Both the position numbers and the translations under genes were made by a program. Positions 13,401 to 27,557 of a DNA stretch of 64,000 nt are shown piece by piece. The notes under the pieces were generated by a model. The model ran no database searches, was not told the origin of the DNA, and worked only from the letters and a program-made list of their open reading frames with translations. Origin of the DNA: Phallusia mammillata (taxonomy: Eukaryota); contig OZ281494.1 of the NCBI GenBank assembly GCA_965637545.1, positions 25,482,001-25,546,000 of the forward strand, in the 5' to 3' direction. The first letter of the stretch is position 1. Each line of letters starts with the position of its first letter.

Positions 13401-14725
13401 GCTCAGGTTGCGTAGATTTGATGTGGGAACTCATTTTGGCCAGTTAAAGAACAATTATTCTCACATTAGCCAATTAATTAGACGTTGTTTATTTTATCGC
13501 ACAAAGACTTTTCTGTGTGTTAACAGCAAGAGATCACTTACCCACCATTCAACGCGTCACAATTCAGTTGAAATTTGAGTGTTCGTGGGTTTTAGGCCAC
13601 TTTTCACTTCAAAAGACAGTTTTTCACCTTTCTTACTACTTGGCGTAACACGTAAAGTTTGGTTGTTAAAAAACCTGTCACGAAACCAATCCTTTCGAAA
13701 TTACTTTCCGCACTAATCGTTGTGTTTCGAAAAGTAATATTCGCACAAAAGCGGCCGCTCCTTAATTGTTTGAAAAGATGTCACGCTCTTGACACGAAAA
13801 TGTTTTTCCTTTTCAGACAAGAAGAACTTTATATTTGCGTGCGACAAACCAGAGCGAGAAAACAAGCTGACAATCAAGTTTCAAACTATCAGCCCTTCCC
13901 CGCTTGGCTTTCGTTTTCAATATTGCGAAGAATATTATTTTGTTGGTAAGATTTGTTCGTTAATCTGCCTTCATATTTCCTGTTCGGTTTTCTTGATGTA
14001 TGTGGACAAATTTTATGTCTAATCTGAACAGTGGTTAGGCTTGAAGTGGCATTTCGTGTGAATGTTAACGATTCCCAGCGCGAAAGCTGATTGTACTTTA
14101 GACGTGCAATTCTCACGAGTCCCACATGGTGGAGTAACTGTTGTAGGACAGTTGATGTGCAAAACACACATAAAACATCTGTCAAGATTTTTGAACAAAA
14201 TTTATTGTGTTGTAGAACTAACAAGAATTCTTATTTTTTCAGCTATTGACAAATCGCATAAGAACCGAGGTTGTACTAAAAACTCAACGAGGATACGAAT
14301 TGTTGTGCAATGCAAAGGTAATGTTTTGTTTTTTTCGTTTTGATTTGCTTGATTACTACGATTTTTATCACACATATAAATAGTAAGCCGCCAAATTTGG
14401 ACGCCCTAAATTTACGTGTATTTTACGAACAGACAAACCTGTGTCGACTAAAAAACCAACGACCACTACAACTTCGACTCCCAGCACCACAATAAAGGCA
14501 ACCACACAAAGAAAAAAAGCCGACCCGCGATTTGTACACCCAAAACTGCAAAGACCCACTAAAAACTCAACTGTTTTGTCGACCGGCGTTCGAAAACAGC
14601 AAAAACAAGACGAACCCGATTACGGAGGGGGCGCTTGCGGCCAAGTTGCGCCGTCATTATGGCGAATACTGACATTTTCTTTTGTCGCTTTAACAATAAC
14701 TAACATTGTACGGCAAGCGGCTTAG
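7478..14725 (+). CDS. EFNA: GPI-anchored (A-type) ephrin, paralogue 2 (257 aa)
   Basis: Exons 7478-7581, 12566-12738, 13817-13945, 14243-14317, 14433-14725; 774 nt, in frame. MNRIFVFWIALSLVFAQVTSSKRHELYWN; HVKIGEFLDVMCP; KLTIKFQTISPSPLGFRF; Thr/Lys stalk; GPI-type C-terminus (GGGACG...LWRILTFSFVALTIT). Confidence 0.95.
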
Positions 14726-16074
14726 AGCAGATGACAAGCGCAATTTCAATCAATTATGATTCGTAAATCAAATAGATGGTGCAGATAGCGCGTTGCTTGA
14801 CGAAAGAGCCGAGAAGCTTTTCAAAGAAGGGTCCAGCAGTCTCCAACCATTGCCACATCATGCCTGCAAATTATTCTTCAACATAAATGTCAATGACTAA
14901 CACTGGCATGTAAAAGCTCCGAGCAAGTCGCTTTGCATCAAGATAGGCGCGGATGAACTGTATTTGACCGAGCTACACATGTCTGGTATCAAAATAGCTT
15001 TCGTTCGACGGGGGGTGACTCGTGCACCCTGTAAAAGCCTTCATATTCAGTTGGTTGTGTTCCGAGGAAGTGCAAACTGTTTCTGTTTTTCAGAACCCGT
15101 TTTTGTTTGTGTTGTGTCATTGTAAACACACCGATACGAATTCGGACATCACTCTGATTCACACTGATTCAAGTTTGCGTTCGTTGTGTTCGTCTTGCGT
15201 CTTTATTTATTTCACTGTGATACAGAGAGATTATTTACTTTTTTCGTTTTATTTTTGCTGCCCCAGAATTTCTTGCTACCGAGCTTTCTAATTTACCGGA
15301 CATTTAAGTTGTTAAAGAACTTACGCCTGTTTTATTGTAAGAAATCATTTTGACAACTTCATCGTTACCGCAGTATTTGTTTTTTCCCACCTGGCACGAA
15401 CTAAAAAGTTCATTCTGTTTTCCTGCTGACGTTTATTTGAAATAAAATGTCAAATTCAACGATTTCTTATTTGTTGAGCCGACTTTTGTGAATCCACATG
15501 GCTTACAAAGTTCACCAGTTTGAGTTTACCATTTCAATTTTCAATCGGTTTAAAGTAGTGGAAGGTGGTCACTATATATCAGGGCACCTACATGCCGTTA
15601 AAGCAAACAGTAAGTATGTTATTAACAGCATATGACGGCGCCTTGTCGTCTGTGTTGATGGTCGGTCTTGAGTGTTAGTGTCGGAGATATATTTGTTTGA
15701 TGACGCGAACTAATTAGCCCGTTTTTTATGACTTGACATGGGGAGAGGCAAAAGTCTTTGGGCTGTAAAGTAAGGAATTGGGTAAAGCTGTTACATTTGT
15801 TGTGATTGGAAAAGTACGTGATAGTCAAGGATGAAGGCAAGTTTGGACTCTCTTACCGTTTGGTTTTTATTTGCACAACGAGATAACTGTGGACAAGCTG
15901 TGGCACGCCTCTTACGACTAAACGACTTCCACGTATGACTCACATTGCCGCACAGCAAGCTCTGCAATTCTTTGACAAGTTAAAGTTGCAAATCTCCAAT
16001 CTTTCTCACTTAAACTGATGTTTGTATGTCACTTGCTATGAGAATATTTTCAAGGTGGCGACAAATCTGTTAAT

Positions 16075-16859
16075 CAGTGGTCTTCAACCTTTTTTATAGG
16101 CGACCCCAATTTAAGGGAAAATGAAATCAGAATTTACATGCGACCCCATTTTTTTCAACACTGAGTGCTGAACCGAAAGAACAATTACACAAACTGTACA
16201 TAATTACAAACAAATTTGGCGATACAAAAGTATTACGAATAAAGTTTTTAAGGCGTTTCATTTAAGACATAAACCCAATTTTCGGAACACAAACTTGTCA
16301 GATTGTTCAACATTTAGTTTGCACTGTTAGTGAGATGGTTGCGCCTGTATACTGTCCACAAGTTTTTGAAACCACTGCTTGACTTTGCACAAGCTTAACC
16401 GCATGTCATGCTCCACTTCCAATCGATTACGATGTTTCGTTTCTAATACACTCATTGCACTAAATCCTGCTTCACACAGCCACGTGGTTGAAAACGGGAT
16501 TAGAGAAATTTGGCATAGTTGGGTATAAATAGTTGCATAAATAACTATTCACTCGTTCTGGTGTCACCTTAAATAATACAAACTTATAGTGTTGACTCAT
16601 AATACACGTTGTCGAAACCCATTGTTACACGATAAAGGCATTTTCTGTTTTTTCACTACCACGATTTAATTGCAACATGAGGTAGCAAGCTGTACCACAA
16701 AACAAGAACAAAAGTTGCGATCTAAAAGAACATAATATTAGTTTTATTTTATGTAATCAATTTTAAAATGCGCTAAATTAAATTCGGCGACATTTCGCGA
16801 CCCCAGAAAAAGTTTAGGCGACCCCACTTGCGGTCGCGATCATAGGTTGACGACCACTG
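16075..16859. mobile_element. hAT-type non-autonomous element (about 785 bp), older
   Basis: TIRs CAGTGGTCTTCAACCT and AGGTTGACGACCACTG (15/16 complementary); subterminal GCGACCCC repeats at both ends. Flanks share only TGTTAA, so the TSD is degenerate. Confidence 0.7.
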
Positions 16860-19800
16860 TGTTAAGTTACCATAAAAAAATTAAAAAAGTATTTTGGTTT
16901 AATATTGTCAAACACTTAGCAGCATTGCTTTACGAGATCAATTCAAGACTGTTTCCAATCTTGCCAGTTTTATGTCGTTTATAGTCGGTGCTCTTAACAG
17001 TGCAAGTACTGGGAAAACTGAGACACAAACAACTAACTGACGGGATTGAAATCCACAACTCAACACTATCGTAACAGATGAGACCATCGTTCCACTACGT
17101 TAAACACAGACACAATCAGTAATTGTCCGGGGGCTAATAACAAATTCACGATGCGGAAAACGAGCTACTTTACGATACCAATCGTTTCTTTACCAGTTGC
17201 TTTCAGAATCAATCACATGCTTTCATACCAAACGGTATTAAAATGGGCACGAAACGTATTTGGACCCTTTAAACGCTGTCAGCAAAGCAAACGAAGTAGC
17301 TTAGGTAAATTAACTTCATCGATCCTGTGTCGTTTATAAATCCAGCGACCAGTGGTTTTATATCGAACAAAATAACGCCGTTATTTTTAATCCATTAATT
17401 ATGCATCTTTCCGACCGAATTGTCGTTTTATGTGACAAGACGGTTGACCCTTGTATTATTTATTAATGACTAAATTTAGAAACAGTACGCGGCAGTTTTA
17501 TGTTTACTAAAACGTATTTAAAAAAATGTTTTCACGGCACATTTGCTTATGCGACTTTATATGCCCATTTTTCACTACTTGTTCAGTCAAATTATCTACG
17601 GCTGCTTATGTTTCACGCAGTTTTATTCAGACATCAAAAAAGATTATTATTAATGTCAAATTGACACAGGCGCCTAGAGCGCTTTTCACAATATTAAAGT
17701 AAAATAGAACGTATTTTTTAATCATGTTTAGGCGTCAAAACCAGGCCAGGATGTTGTGTGTAGCCCAGTGCTTACTTTTTGTAATCTTTACCACCACCAA
17801 GCGATGATTGAATGTGATTGTAAAGTATGTGCTAACATTCAACACTAAATCGTAACTAAAAAGATGTTTTAGCTTTTAATTTTTAAAGTTTTTCCCTTTA
17901 AATTGCTATAAAATTTGAACGTTTGAAACAAAATTAAACATCAACAATTTAACGACTTTAGTGTAAAGACCTTGCTGTACAAAAGAGGCCCTCTTGGCGC
18001 ACTGAGTTTGGTCAAGATTAGCCTACTAAGTGGAGCCTCGTTGGTTTATACCAGTCATGTTAATTTATTTTTGGCAAAAGGGTGGATTTGTTTTGCAAAC
18101 AGCCGTAATCACGTGATAATCCTTCGCTGTCGTTGCTCAATCAAACCTGCCACATTGTGGCGAGTGCGGAAACTTTCCGGTGCGGTAAATGCTAACGCTT
18201 GTCCCGATACGGAGTTTAGCGCTGAGCAACAATATACAAACTCCAAAAGCGCACGTTTGGGCTTGAAAATAAGCGGCACGAAATGAATCGGCAACCCCCC
18301 ACACGTTAGGAATACGAAATTCTCCCAAAAATGTTTGACCTAAAAAGTACAAGATTTAGGTCCACCGAAAACAAAATTTCCATGTTATTGATAATCCCAT
18401 AAATATACATGGATTTGGTCCTTTTCATACAACTTTTTCAACCACTGCGCTAAAGCTTGTATCTTACATTATTTAACGTTGGTTTTTGGTTCCGTTATGC
18501 AGCAGTATATGTCTTCTCTTCTTACACGAAAACAATGGCTAGCAGTTTGTGCGTTATCATTAGTTAATCTCAACGTCAAGAAAACCGCACCTGACGTAAA
18601 CTCTGGTTAGGCGAACAAACCTCATTCATGATGAATCAGTTTTTGCACGAGCTTGTATTGTTGTGGGATGTTTTGTGACCAGAATGCAGCGTCCAGATTT
18701 TTACACCGCTCGATGTTTACTTCAAATGTTCGCGCGCCCAGTTTGTTGCCAAACAAACAAATACTCTAAAAAGTCTTCATCGATCGTCCAGAAATAAAAG
18801 CTGTTTGCATAGAAAAGAAGCAAAGATCGCTTAAGGCGTTTCGACTAGTTTTTACGCTTCATTCTGAGTAAAGGTGTGCGTTAATCGCTTTTCTTTGGTC
18901 GTTAAGATTTTCTGAGCCGAAATCAGAATTACTTGCAATCGCCGAACTGATCACTCTGGTAAACAAACAAGGTATACCGCTGTAGCGTTCGAAGAAGACC
19001 CGGATGAACCCTATACAGTATACACGTATGCACGCATGCACCCACAGTATCTAAAATTAAAATCACTTTGACCATGCAAAACTTAAGCAGCACGCGTCTG
19101 TAATTTGTGCATTCCTGCGCATCTCATTGGTTGTCTGCTCGTTTTACAAGCTATTTCAAACCGCGGGCAACGTTGTTGCACACTGCGCTTTGTACTCTGG
19201 AATGATAAAGCACCGTCAATCAACATCTTCTTGGTTGACTTATATTGCAAGTTTGATCCGGATACAAAAGCACATTTTACCCGCCAACGTGTTGTAGTCA
19301 ATCTTTTTTTTTTAAAAACTTTCATGTATATTTGCACAAAAACAATTTTCCACAATTTTCTTTCCTTGGACCGCATTTTACCTGACGATTTGTTACTATA
19401 AATTTGAGATAAAATATGCATGAAATTAAGATCAAAGTATTTTGCTCATTACAAAGACATCGAAGTGTACACTGCATTAATCTACATTTCGTGTCCGTTA
19501 GGGGGCGGTCCGACTTCGCAAGAAAAGTATAATGTAGCGGCCATTTTATTTCATGTTACGATTATGGCATTCACTACAAATTATACAAGCAGTGTATTAA
19601 CAATAAAATTACTAATTGTCTAAGCAGGCTGGCAGCAGCATAAACGTAAAAACTGAATGATTTGAGGTTAACGGTTAGAAATTTTAGGATTGGTTTGAAT
19701 ATAATTTATTGTTGTTATTCTTATTTTCAAATTATATGATTATTAAAAATAGCCTTTACGAAAGTATGTGCAGTACTGTTTGCCTTTGCAAGATAAGTTA

Positions 19801-20472
19801 CATTTTTTAAATTAAGTTTATAGATTCCGCGTAATTAGGCAAAGGAAATATCTGCCTTCCGCATATGTGCCATTGTTCAACCGAACAACAAGCCCGAGAG
19901 AATTTTGCGGACATAAAATAGAGTTTAATAGATTACTAAATGCGGCTATTCATGTCCCTAAGGCACAAACAACCGATAACGACTGACCAACCAAACGCGA
20001 TCCGAAAAGGAAAAAAAGGCAAATGTTTGGCTGTGAGACTGCTGTCGAGTGTCGATAAAGCAGTATTTTACGAAGTAGTAATATGTTGTCACAATTAGCT
20101 GTGCGTGAAGGCAAATGACGAACAAATGGTGCTGTTCTATTTTAGCAGGAAATGCAACAAAAGGGTTATAGTCAATTTGTTACGGAACTGCACATCGTCG
20201 ATAGCCTGCCTTCCAACTGTTCCATTGAAGGCCTCCCTAGGCGATTGACTGCGCGGTCATTGTGCTTTCGCCGATTACATGCAGCAGTGTCAGTTGAGCC
20301 CGCTGGCTTTCATTTCAGTAACAGACTTTTTCAGAGCAGTCTTCATTTACCGCCATGATCTGCAGTTCATAACAAGACGATGTGCTTGAGACTAAACAGA
20401 ACAAACCGCACTGAGTAGCGTACACACTACACAGCCGTCGGGCAATAGCCAGCCAACAGTTGTAGCTTGCTG

Positions 20473-20717
20473 TATTATATCAGATTACGTTTCAAAAGAC
20501 AGGCTTAAACAAAGTAGTCCATGGAGAGTGTATTAGTTGAAATCAGTACGCAAGACATGAGCATCAGTGAAGAAGAACAAAATAGAACAGTCTTGTATTA
20601 CGTCACAAACCACAATTGGTGCTCATTTTAAATGAGGTTTTGTTGGTTAACTGAGAATGAGATTACTACGCGATTGTGAAATCTTTAGGTGTAAACAAGA
20701 TTTTTGATTTATTACAG
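20473..20717 (+). promoter_or_regulatory. Candidate TATA-like box plus upstream splice acceptor of ephrin-3
   Basis: TATTATAT at 20473-20480 (weak); TTTTTGATTTATTACAG ending at 20717, 43 nt before the ATG. Confidence 0.3.
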
Positions 20718-20760
20718 ATACTGTGTTTAATATTAACTGCGCTCAACGTTTGTAGTAGCC

Positions 20761-23700
20761 ATGAGGATTGCGATTATCGTTCTGTTTCTGCTTACCAACG
20801 CCAAGGTTGGAATAACAAATCGACGAGTCTCCCACTCCAAAGAGGTTCATGAGATTACCTGGGACCCGAAAGTTACCAACGGGTGAGTATTTAGTAATTT
20901 GTTTTTTAAGACATAAAAAACAAGTAAAATCCAGGCAATGAATGACTCAGTTTGGCAAAAACACACGCTTCGATAAATCCGCGGTTAAAGCATGCGCTCT
21001 TCGAACTGAACTTCCACGTAGCTGGAGGGATACGCCCGACCAACTGTGTTATGTAAAACACGAAAAGTGACTCACGAATTACCTGAAAATCGCGTGATGG
21101 TTTCAACTCAACGCGAAGATCGGTCAAAACAGATAAGTTAATCCCTAGCCCGGCACTTCATTCTACACATTGTTCGATGAGAGAAAAACATTGTATTGTA
21201 ACCATGGGTTAGATTTTGGTACGACAATACCGTTGCTGACCATATGTTGTTAATAATTTATGCGCCTTTTTATAATGACAAGTTTCGCTCAAAATGAAAC
21301 TAGCATGACTTGTCGTTTTTTTACGAATCTCCACGAAACCTATTTGAACGATGCCAAGTTAAACATGGCCTTTGTCAAGTATAAAAAAAACTACTACTGT
21401 TAATATGTAACGGTTTCGATCTTAAAATCCCATAAACATCCAGTCGCAAAGCTACACACTAGGCCGTTTTACGCTCGATTACACATGAAGCTATGTGGGA
21501 GGATTCAGTTCTCGCTGTGTGTCAAAACCACAATCACAAGCGCTGCGAATTAATATGTTGTGTCTGTGAAACAAATGTGTTTTTGTTCATTTTTCAATGC
21601 CACACTATTTGTCATTCGATTCATCGAACTTCAGGTTATCAATTTCTTGGACAGAAAGCGGGATTTAAGCTCTGACGTACAATCGAGCACAAAAGCGTTT
21701 GTTATACCATCCGTCACTCGTCGGGCTATATTGTTTGCTCCATGAAAAGAATAGACCAGGTCTGGGCTTGCTGCACTTGAGTACACATTCGTGGGCTAAG
21801 AACGACCTCGTAAAGTAAACTTCATTCGCGCAAACAAGAGTTATTCCACTTTCCATTTTTTAGCGCAACAAATCGAACTAATTCTCTTTAATTTTCTATA
21901 TTATTACTAATAAAACTATTGTGGATACAAAAGTATTGGAGTTTAGAGCGTTATACATTGATTGATTAAAACAGGCCCTTTTAAAATTGGTATTTACCTA
22001 GGGCGTGCGTTTTATGGCATTGAGCAAATACATGACACTTGTTTGTGCTGACAAAGCAACATATCGTGTAAACTATTTATTGTCAAGGTTACATCACTGG
22101 TTTAGAGTTAAAATCTGCTTTATTAAGATGTTTTCTAAACTTCATGTATAAAGCCAGTCAAAGCGAGCTTGTATGTAAAGTAAAATAACTAAATCCACTT
22201 CGCAATGAACAGTCACACTCTTTGAAGATCACGAGTTTTGTCAGCTTAGAGATAATACATATTACATACTGGTCAGTAGCGGTCAGTGTGGCACGTGACT
22301 TATAATGATTTGCAGGTGTCGTGGTACGTGACATGGCAAATTATGCCGGTCACCTAAAACGGCGAAACATCCTTAATATTACCACCTTTGAAGTGATCTT
22401 TTGATAATCCCTTGCTATCAGCACGAGCGTGCCAGTCACCAAATCGTTAAAGCTTCCTTCTTAGCTTTGACGTCGCAAAAAGTCCCCAAAACACTGTCAC
22501 ACTGACCATATTTGACACACCCATATAAGGCGCTTGTTAATGCAATAAAGGTTGAAGCTGATCTTGTGTCATGAAAAGACCAGTAATTGCCTACTACTTC
22601 GTACACACATAGCAAAAAGAAAAACACCTTTAAATTTGACTAATTAGTAGCCGAGGGTTGAAATAGTTTCCATGCTTTGGCTATGGGCGTAATGCGACGC
22701 TTGAAACGTGTCAATTGGGCGGCAAAAATATCACCTTTAACCCGTTCGTTGCGTGGTTCCGGGCACTTGATCACTCACATCCTAACCAGTAAGAATTCTT
22801 TTCAGTCAAAGTGCCGACCATTTTATTACGAGTCATAAGCGCTGGCCTCTCGACGTTGGAGTGCTTGTGGCCAGTTGTAAATGCCCCATGCACTTTGTCC
22901 GATCAATGTGTAGAGCAATTCGGCCACTGTTATTAACTGTCTCATCAGCAACCACAACATGGCCTGGAAGGTGATCGTCGGCGTTCGGTACCGGGCCGTA
23001 CCAGTCGCGAGATCTGCCCGAGCTTCCACTAACGACCACCTTACAATTGGCTGGCGTACGGAATCGGCTAATTTTGCGTTTTCACGCTATTGTTTCACGC
23101 GAGAACGTGATGTTTGAAAAAAACAAGACCCGCTACTCCCATTGAATTTTGACGCCTTCTGCAAAAGCAGTAAATTAAGGCACTTGGAAGATTGATAATT
23201 GATATCGGTTAAACCAGTGTGTTTCGCGATGCAAACTACAAATTACTTCCATTTGTTTTTTCCCCATTTTGGCTTATGGGAATCGATACGACAATAACGT
23301 GATTTTAAATATCTCTCAAGCGACGCAATATGACAATTTAAATATATTTCTATTTCCCGCTGTTTGCCATCTGTTTGCTTTTCAAATGGACATCTGGAGC
23401 AAGTTTGAACTGTCAGCGTGAGATTTAGTTTAAAGCATCTTGTGTCTGTCGGGTTGGTTTATCCCCAAAGAGAAGAGGCCGCTTCACGCTGGTTCAATGT
23501 GCTAATCATATAATCTTATTTGGGCGCAACATGGCTTTGCGGCATTAGAGTTTACCATTCCCTCATTAGGGCGAAGTTAGATTATAGCATATGTCGCTGA
23601 GTTTTGTATACATAATCGCTGCATGGAATAACTTTCTTTACCACCAATACGGTTGCGCTGGGAATTTTTCGGGGGATAAAAATCTTCATCTTTTTTGTTT

Positions 23701-26700
23701 GTTGGTGGTTCGTTGACGAGAGGTGCGAGTTTAAAACTTCGCTACACACGTTTTGGTGGCTAATAATAATTTTTTGCTGTGAAATTTATGTTTGCACTTT
23801 AAGCCGTGATCGCCGGCGGCGTATTTCGTGACATTAACAACAAACACAGTTAGCCCGCAGACATATAAGATTTTTGGATAACAATACTAGCCGCCATAAA
23901 TTATGAAAGGAGAAGTATTTAAACAGTCATGTCGTTGAAAAACAAAGACCAACCAATCTACTATAATACCCACTGATCCTTATTTATGTGATTAAAACGT
24001 TAGACATCGCGTGTCTGTCGATTTTGGACAGCGGGATATACATTTGCGGGCAATAAATCGTGTTGAATTTAACGACTGTCTCGTGAAGTTTAAACTTAAA
24101 TAATAACACACTTAAAGACAGTGTTGGATTTTAACAAACCACTTTACAAGAGAAATCTCCGAATAAATCATTTGGGCGAGTCTTATCCACGATCCTTAAG
24201 TGTCGCTGCCACTTGCCAATGTACACTTAAAACATGTAAGAATTGGTCAGCTTGGCCGTCGTTTAGGTAGCTGGACAAGCGAGCACTCAAACTCGATGAT
24301 TTCAACTTCAACGATTTTTTTGACTCAAGTGTGCTGGTGGGTGCGTCAGCGTGAATGTTCAAATGTTCGCGAGAAGTGATCAAGAAGCTTTCGAGTGATC
24401 TTGAAGCGTTACACTCTGTCGAATCGTGAGCTAATGATGTTTGCTGCCGTCGTAGCCGCCCAAACCATCTCATTTACGACTAGGTTCAAAGTCAAAACAG
24501 TGAACGTGTGCTGTGCACGTAGCTGTGATGATACACGATGAGATCATACATGCTCTGTAAATATATGTGTGACATAAAAAAACAGACTTTTGGCAGATTG
24601 TTCAAGTGGTCCCATTTGACCAATAAACGTCGGACAAATATTGACATCTAAGGCAATGTTGCACCATAGCATTAGTTTCACTTCTGCTCCAGCACTTTGC
24701 AGCCTTCAAACGCGAACAGCACTCAACGTAAAGAGATACTCTAACACCGCGCTGGAGGTTACAAGTCGTGTATAATGCCAACGCAACATCTGTACGACAA
24801 GCCCTCACCATGTGGTGAACCCTTGCCCATAAGCTGACAACCCAATCTTAGTTGTAAATGAACAGACAAGCACCCAGTTTATAAGAACATAAGATTCGCG
24901 GAGCCTAAAAGAGTTTGGACCCGTATCATATGACAAAAGCTACTCCTGCTTTTGTCGGTTTGTTGACGGCGTAACTATACGCGGCCGTGGGTTCACGATC
25001 GTATAATCGAACGAGCATTGTCCCCGACAGGTAGATAATCTTTAACTTTCTGTGTGCCCAGCGTCGCAGTTTAGCCTTTCCGTCTGCTTAAACAGCGTTG
25101 GAACTAGCTTAACCGAATTCGTTTATGGCGCTCAACAAACGTCACTAATTACCCATACACTTGAACAAAGATTAAAACCATGACAACAGCAGGTTCCTTC
25201 GAATCAATCACAACATTGTTGCTTGTATTTTTGACCAAACTTCCCCTTTCGGAAGCTTTTCAAAATTTGTGTGCGTTTCTCAGGTAAAACAAAGTTTTGG
25301 GAACAACCTTGGCACATTTAAACCGAACTGTGAAACTAGTAATTACGTCAGGTGTGTCAGATCACGTCACAACGTTAAACATTGGAAAATGACATAATGT
25401 GTATTCTGCGTCTACTATACAACAAACCAGTCACGTGACCCAACTACACCCACCTACACAAGAAAACTGAAATCTAAATTTAGCCCCGTTTACCATTGTT
25501 ATACCAGCCGATGACGTCAATGAACATGTCTTCCCACTCAACATACATATACACGTCCCCAAAACAAATGAGCATGTAGCCAGGGTGTCCAAAACACCTA
25601 CAATACACATCAAACGTTCTGTTGTTTTGAGCTTGTACTGTTTCTGTTGCAGACTCGGCAATGGTCAGATTTACCACATCAATGTAAAGATGAATGAGTA
25701 CATGGACATCTTTTGTCCGCAATACGACGCCGACGCCCCTGAAGCCCAAGTCCTGAAGTTTGTAATCTACAATGTCAGTTACCAGTCTTTCCAGGCGTGC
25801 ACCAAAACCAATGGTAAGAGCAAATTTACTACAAAAGACTTTTCGCTAAAGATTATTAAGGCCCACACAATATGAAATAACATTGACATTCGATGGTGTG
25901 GAGTATTGTGGTAAAGCGTCCATTGTGAATTTTATTTTTATCAAACTATGTGACTGGGCGGATTTATTGTGGCTGCTTCTGTTTGTTGTGCAGTTTCCGC
26001 AGCGACGTATATTTTGTTAGCCCCAATCTCCATACGATGCGCTGGTGTATGGCACGAAAAAGTGACAAAATGAGTTTGCCCCATGGGTGGTCTTTATCAT
26101 TCGAATATACGCCTTTGTAGTGTCGATGTGGCGTTTTAGCCCAAATTGTCGCCGCGCCCGTCGTCTTCAAACGTATGTTTGCCGTGCCCCGTGGTTTAAA
26201 ACCTTTCTTTTCATATTCACAGAAGCAAAAAAGATCTTCAACTGCAGTTCACCAATCACATCGCGCAAATTGACGACCAAGTTCCAACGTCGAAGCCCAA
26301 ACCCACTGGGTTTCGTATTCAAACCGGACTCCGATTATTATTACATCGGTAAGGAACTCCCATTGATCATTGCTTTGTTTGGCGGCCTCTGATGTATGGG
26401 TTTTTTAAAAGAAATGGGAAAATCAAGTCGTGTTTCCAACCAGCCTCACTCACCGTGGGCGACCGTTCCCCACGATACTTTCGAACACGTCAATAGTTTC
26501 CGAGCTTTTTGGAGTTAGTGTTGCGTTCCAAGCCTTGATCGTCGGCCAATCACGCGGAAGGTCTTCCTGGAAACTCGTCTGCGGAATGCTTTTATGTCAA
26601 AACGTTTCCTTAGAGATAGAATTTCTTTTTTTGCTAGGAATCGGTGCAGGGTTAAAATGTATAACCGTTTTTTTGGCCAAAAATGTCACTTGCTCCTTGC

Positions 26701-27557
26701 ACTAAAAAGGTTAAGAAAACAAAAAATAGCACATTCATAACGTATTTTAACAATATTATTTTCGTCACAGCTTTTACCGATGAAGACAAGAAAGGGTGTG
26801 AAAACGCAATGCGCATGCATATTAAAGTTCACCACCGAGACCGAGTCAACGCCCACACGAAAGTACCAACAGTAAATGATAATTCTTCACCCAAAGTACC
26901 AGATGTGAAACCGCCTCCTGCTAACACTAAATCCACCACAAAGAAACCCACAACTACAAGGTCTACTACCAAGAAAATTGCAACGACGCATGCCCGAACA
27001 CCCAAAAATGGACATCGAGGTAAAACGAATTTACTGCATTTTAGCTTTTCTCATTAAATTTCACTTTTACTGTCCCACCTCTTTTCCTTATACTAGTGGT
27101 TCTTAACCTGTTGGTACTACTAATACCACTGAGATCAACTAGATAACTTATATGTAGCCACAAAAAATAACCATATAATTAGCCTCTTTTACCCCTTTAA
27201 ATTACGCCTACAGGGGTAAATACCCACAGGTTTAGAACCAACGCTTTATAATATGTCCTTTGATCTGTAACTTTCTAAACACATCGTGTCTGAAGGGCCC
27301 GATAAAAACAGCTAAACAAACCCAGCAAATTCATTATTATATTTTGTATGTTTCAAACTTTAATACAACTGTGCTTGGTTTTTAGTCTTTTCCTTCTTCA
27401 ACTGGCCCAAATATTATCATTAACACGAGTTCTCCTTATATTTACAGTTGGCGATCCGTCAGTTGGTGGTTCAGGTTCTCCCGGTGCAGCTTCAACGCTT
27501 CGATGTTCAGCTTTGTGGTTTTTATTCATCTGCGCGATGGCAATACTAAGGAATTAA
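20761..27557 (+). CDS. EFNA: GPI-anchored (A-type) ephrin, paralogue 3 (255 aa)
   Basis: Exons 20761-20882, 25653-25813, 26223-26348, 26771-27019, 27448-27557; 768 nt, in frame. HEITWDP; INVKMNEYMDIFCPQY; KLTTKFQRRSPNPLGFVF; YYYI; GPI-type tail GSGSPGAASTLRCSALWFLFICAMAILRN. Confidence 0.95.
27094..27243. mobile_element. Degenerate hAT-type MITE in ephrin-3 intron 4
   Basis: Ends TAGTGGTTCTTAACCTG and CAGGTTTAGAACCAACG (13/17 complementary); flanks CCTTATAC / CTTTATAA (6/8). Confidence 0.5.

Noticed and set aside
3219-13945. Possible gene conversion between ephrin-1 and ephrin-2 exon 3 (near-identical protein)
   Set aside because: Many third codon positions differ while amino acids are kept, which fits purifying selection rather than recent conversion.
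16678-16699. let-7-like sequence TGAGGTAGCAAGCTGTACCACA (also TGAGGTAGTA at 58981)
   Set aside because: Only the seed region matches well and no precursor hairpin is evident; one lies inside a MITE and the other is antisense to MEAK7 coding sequence.
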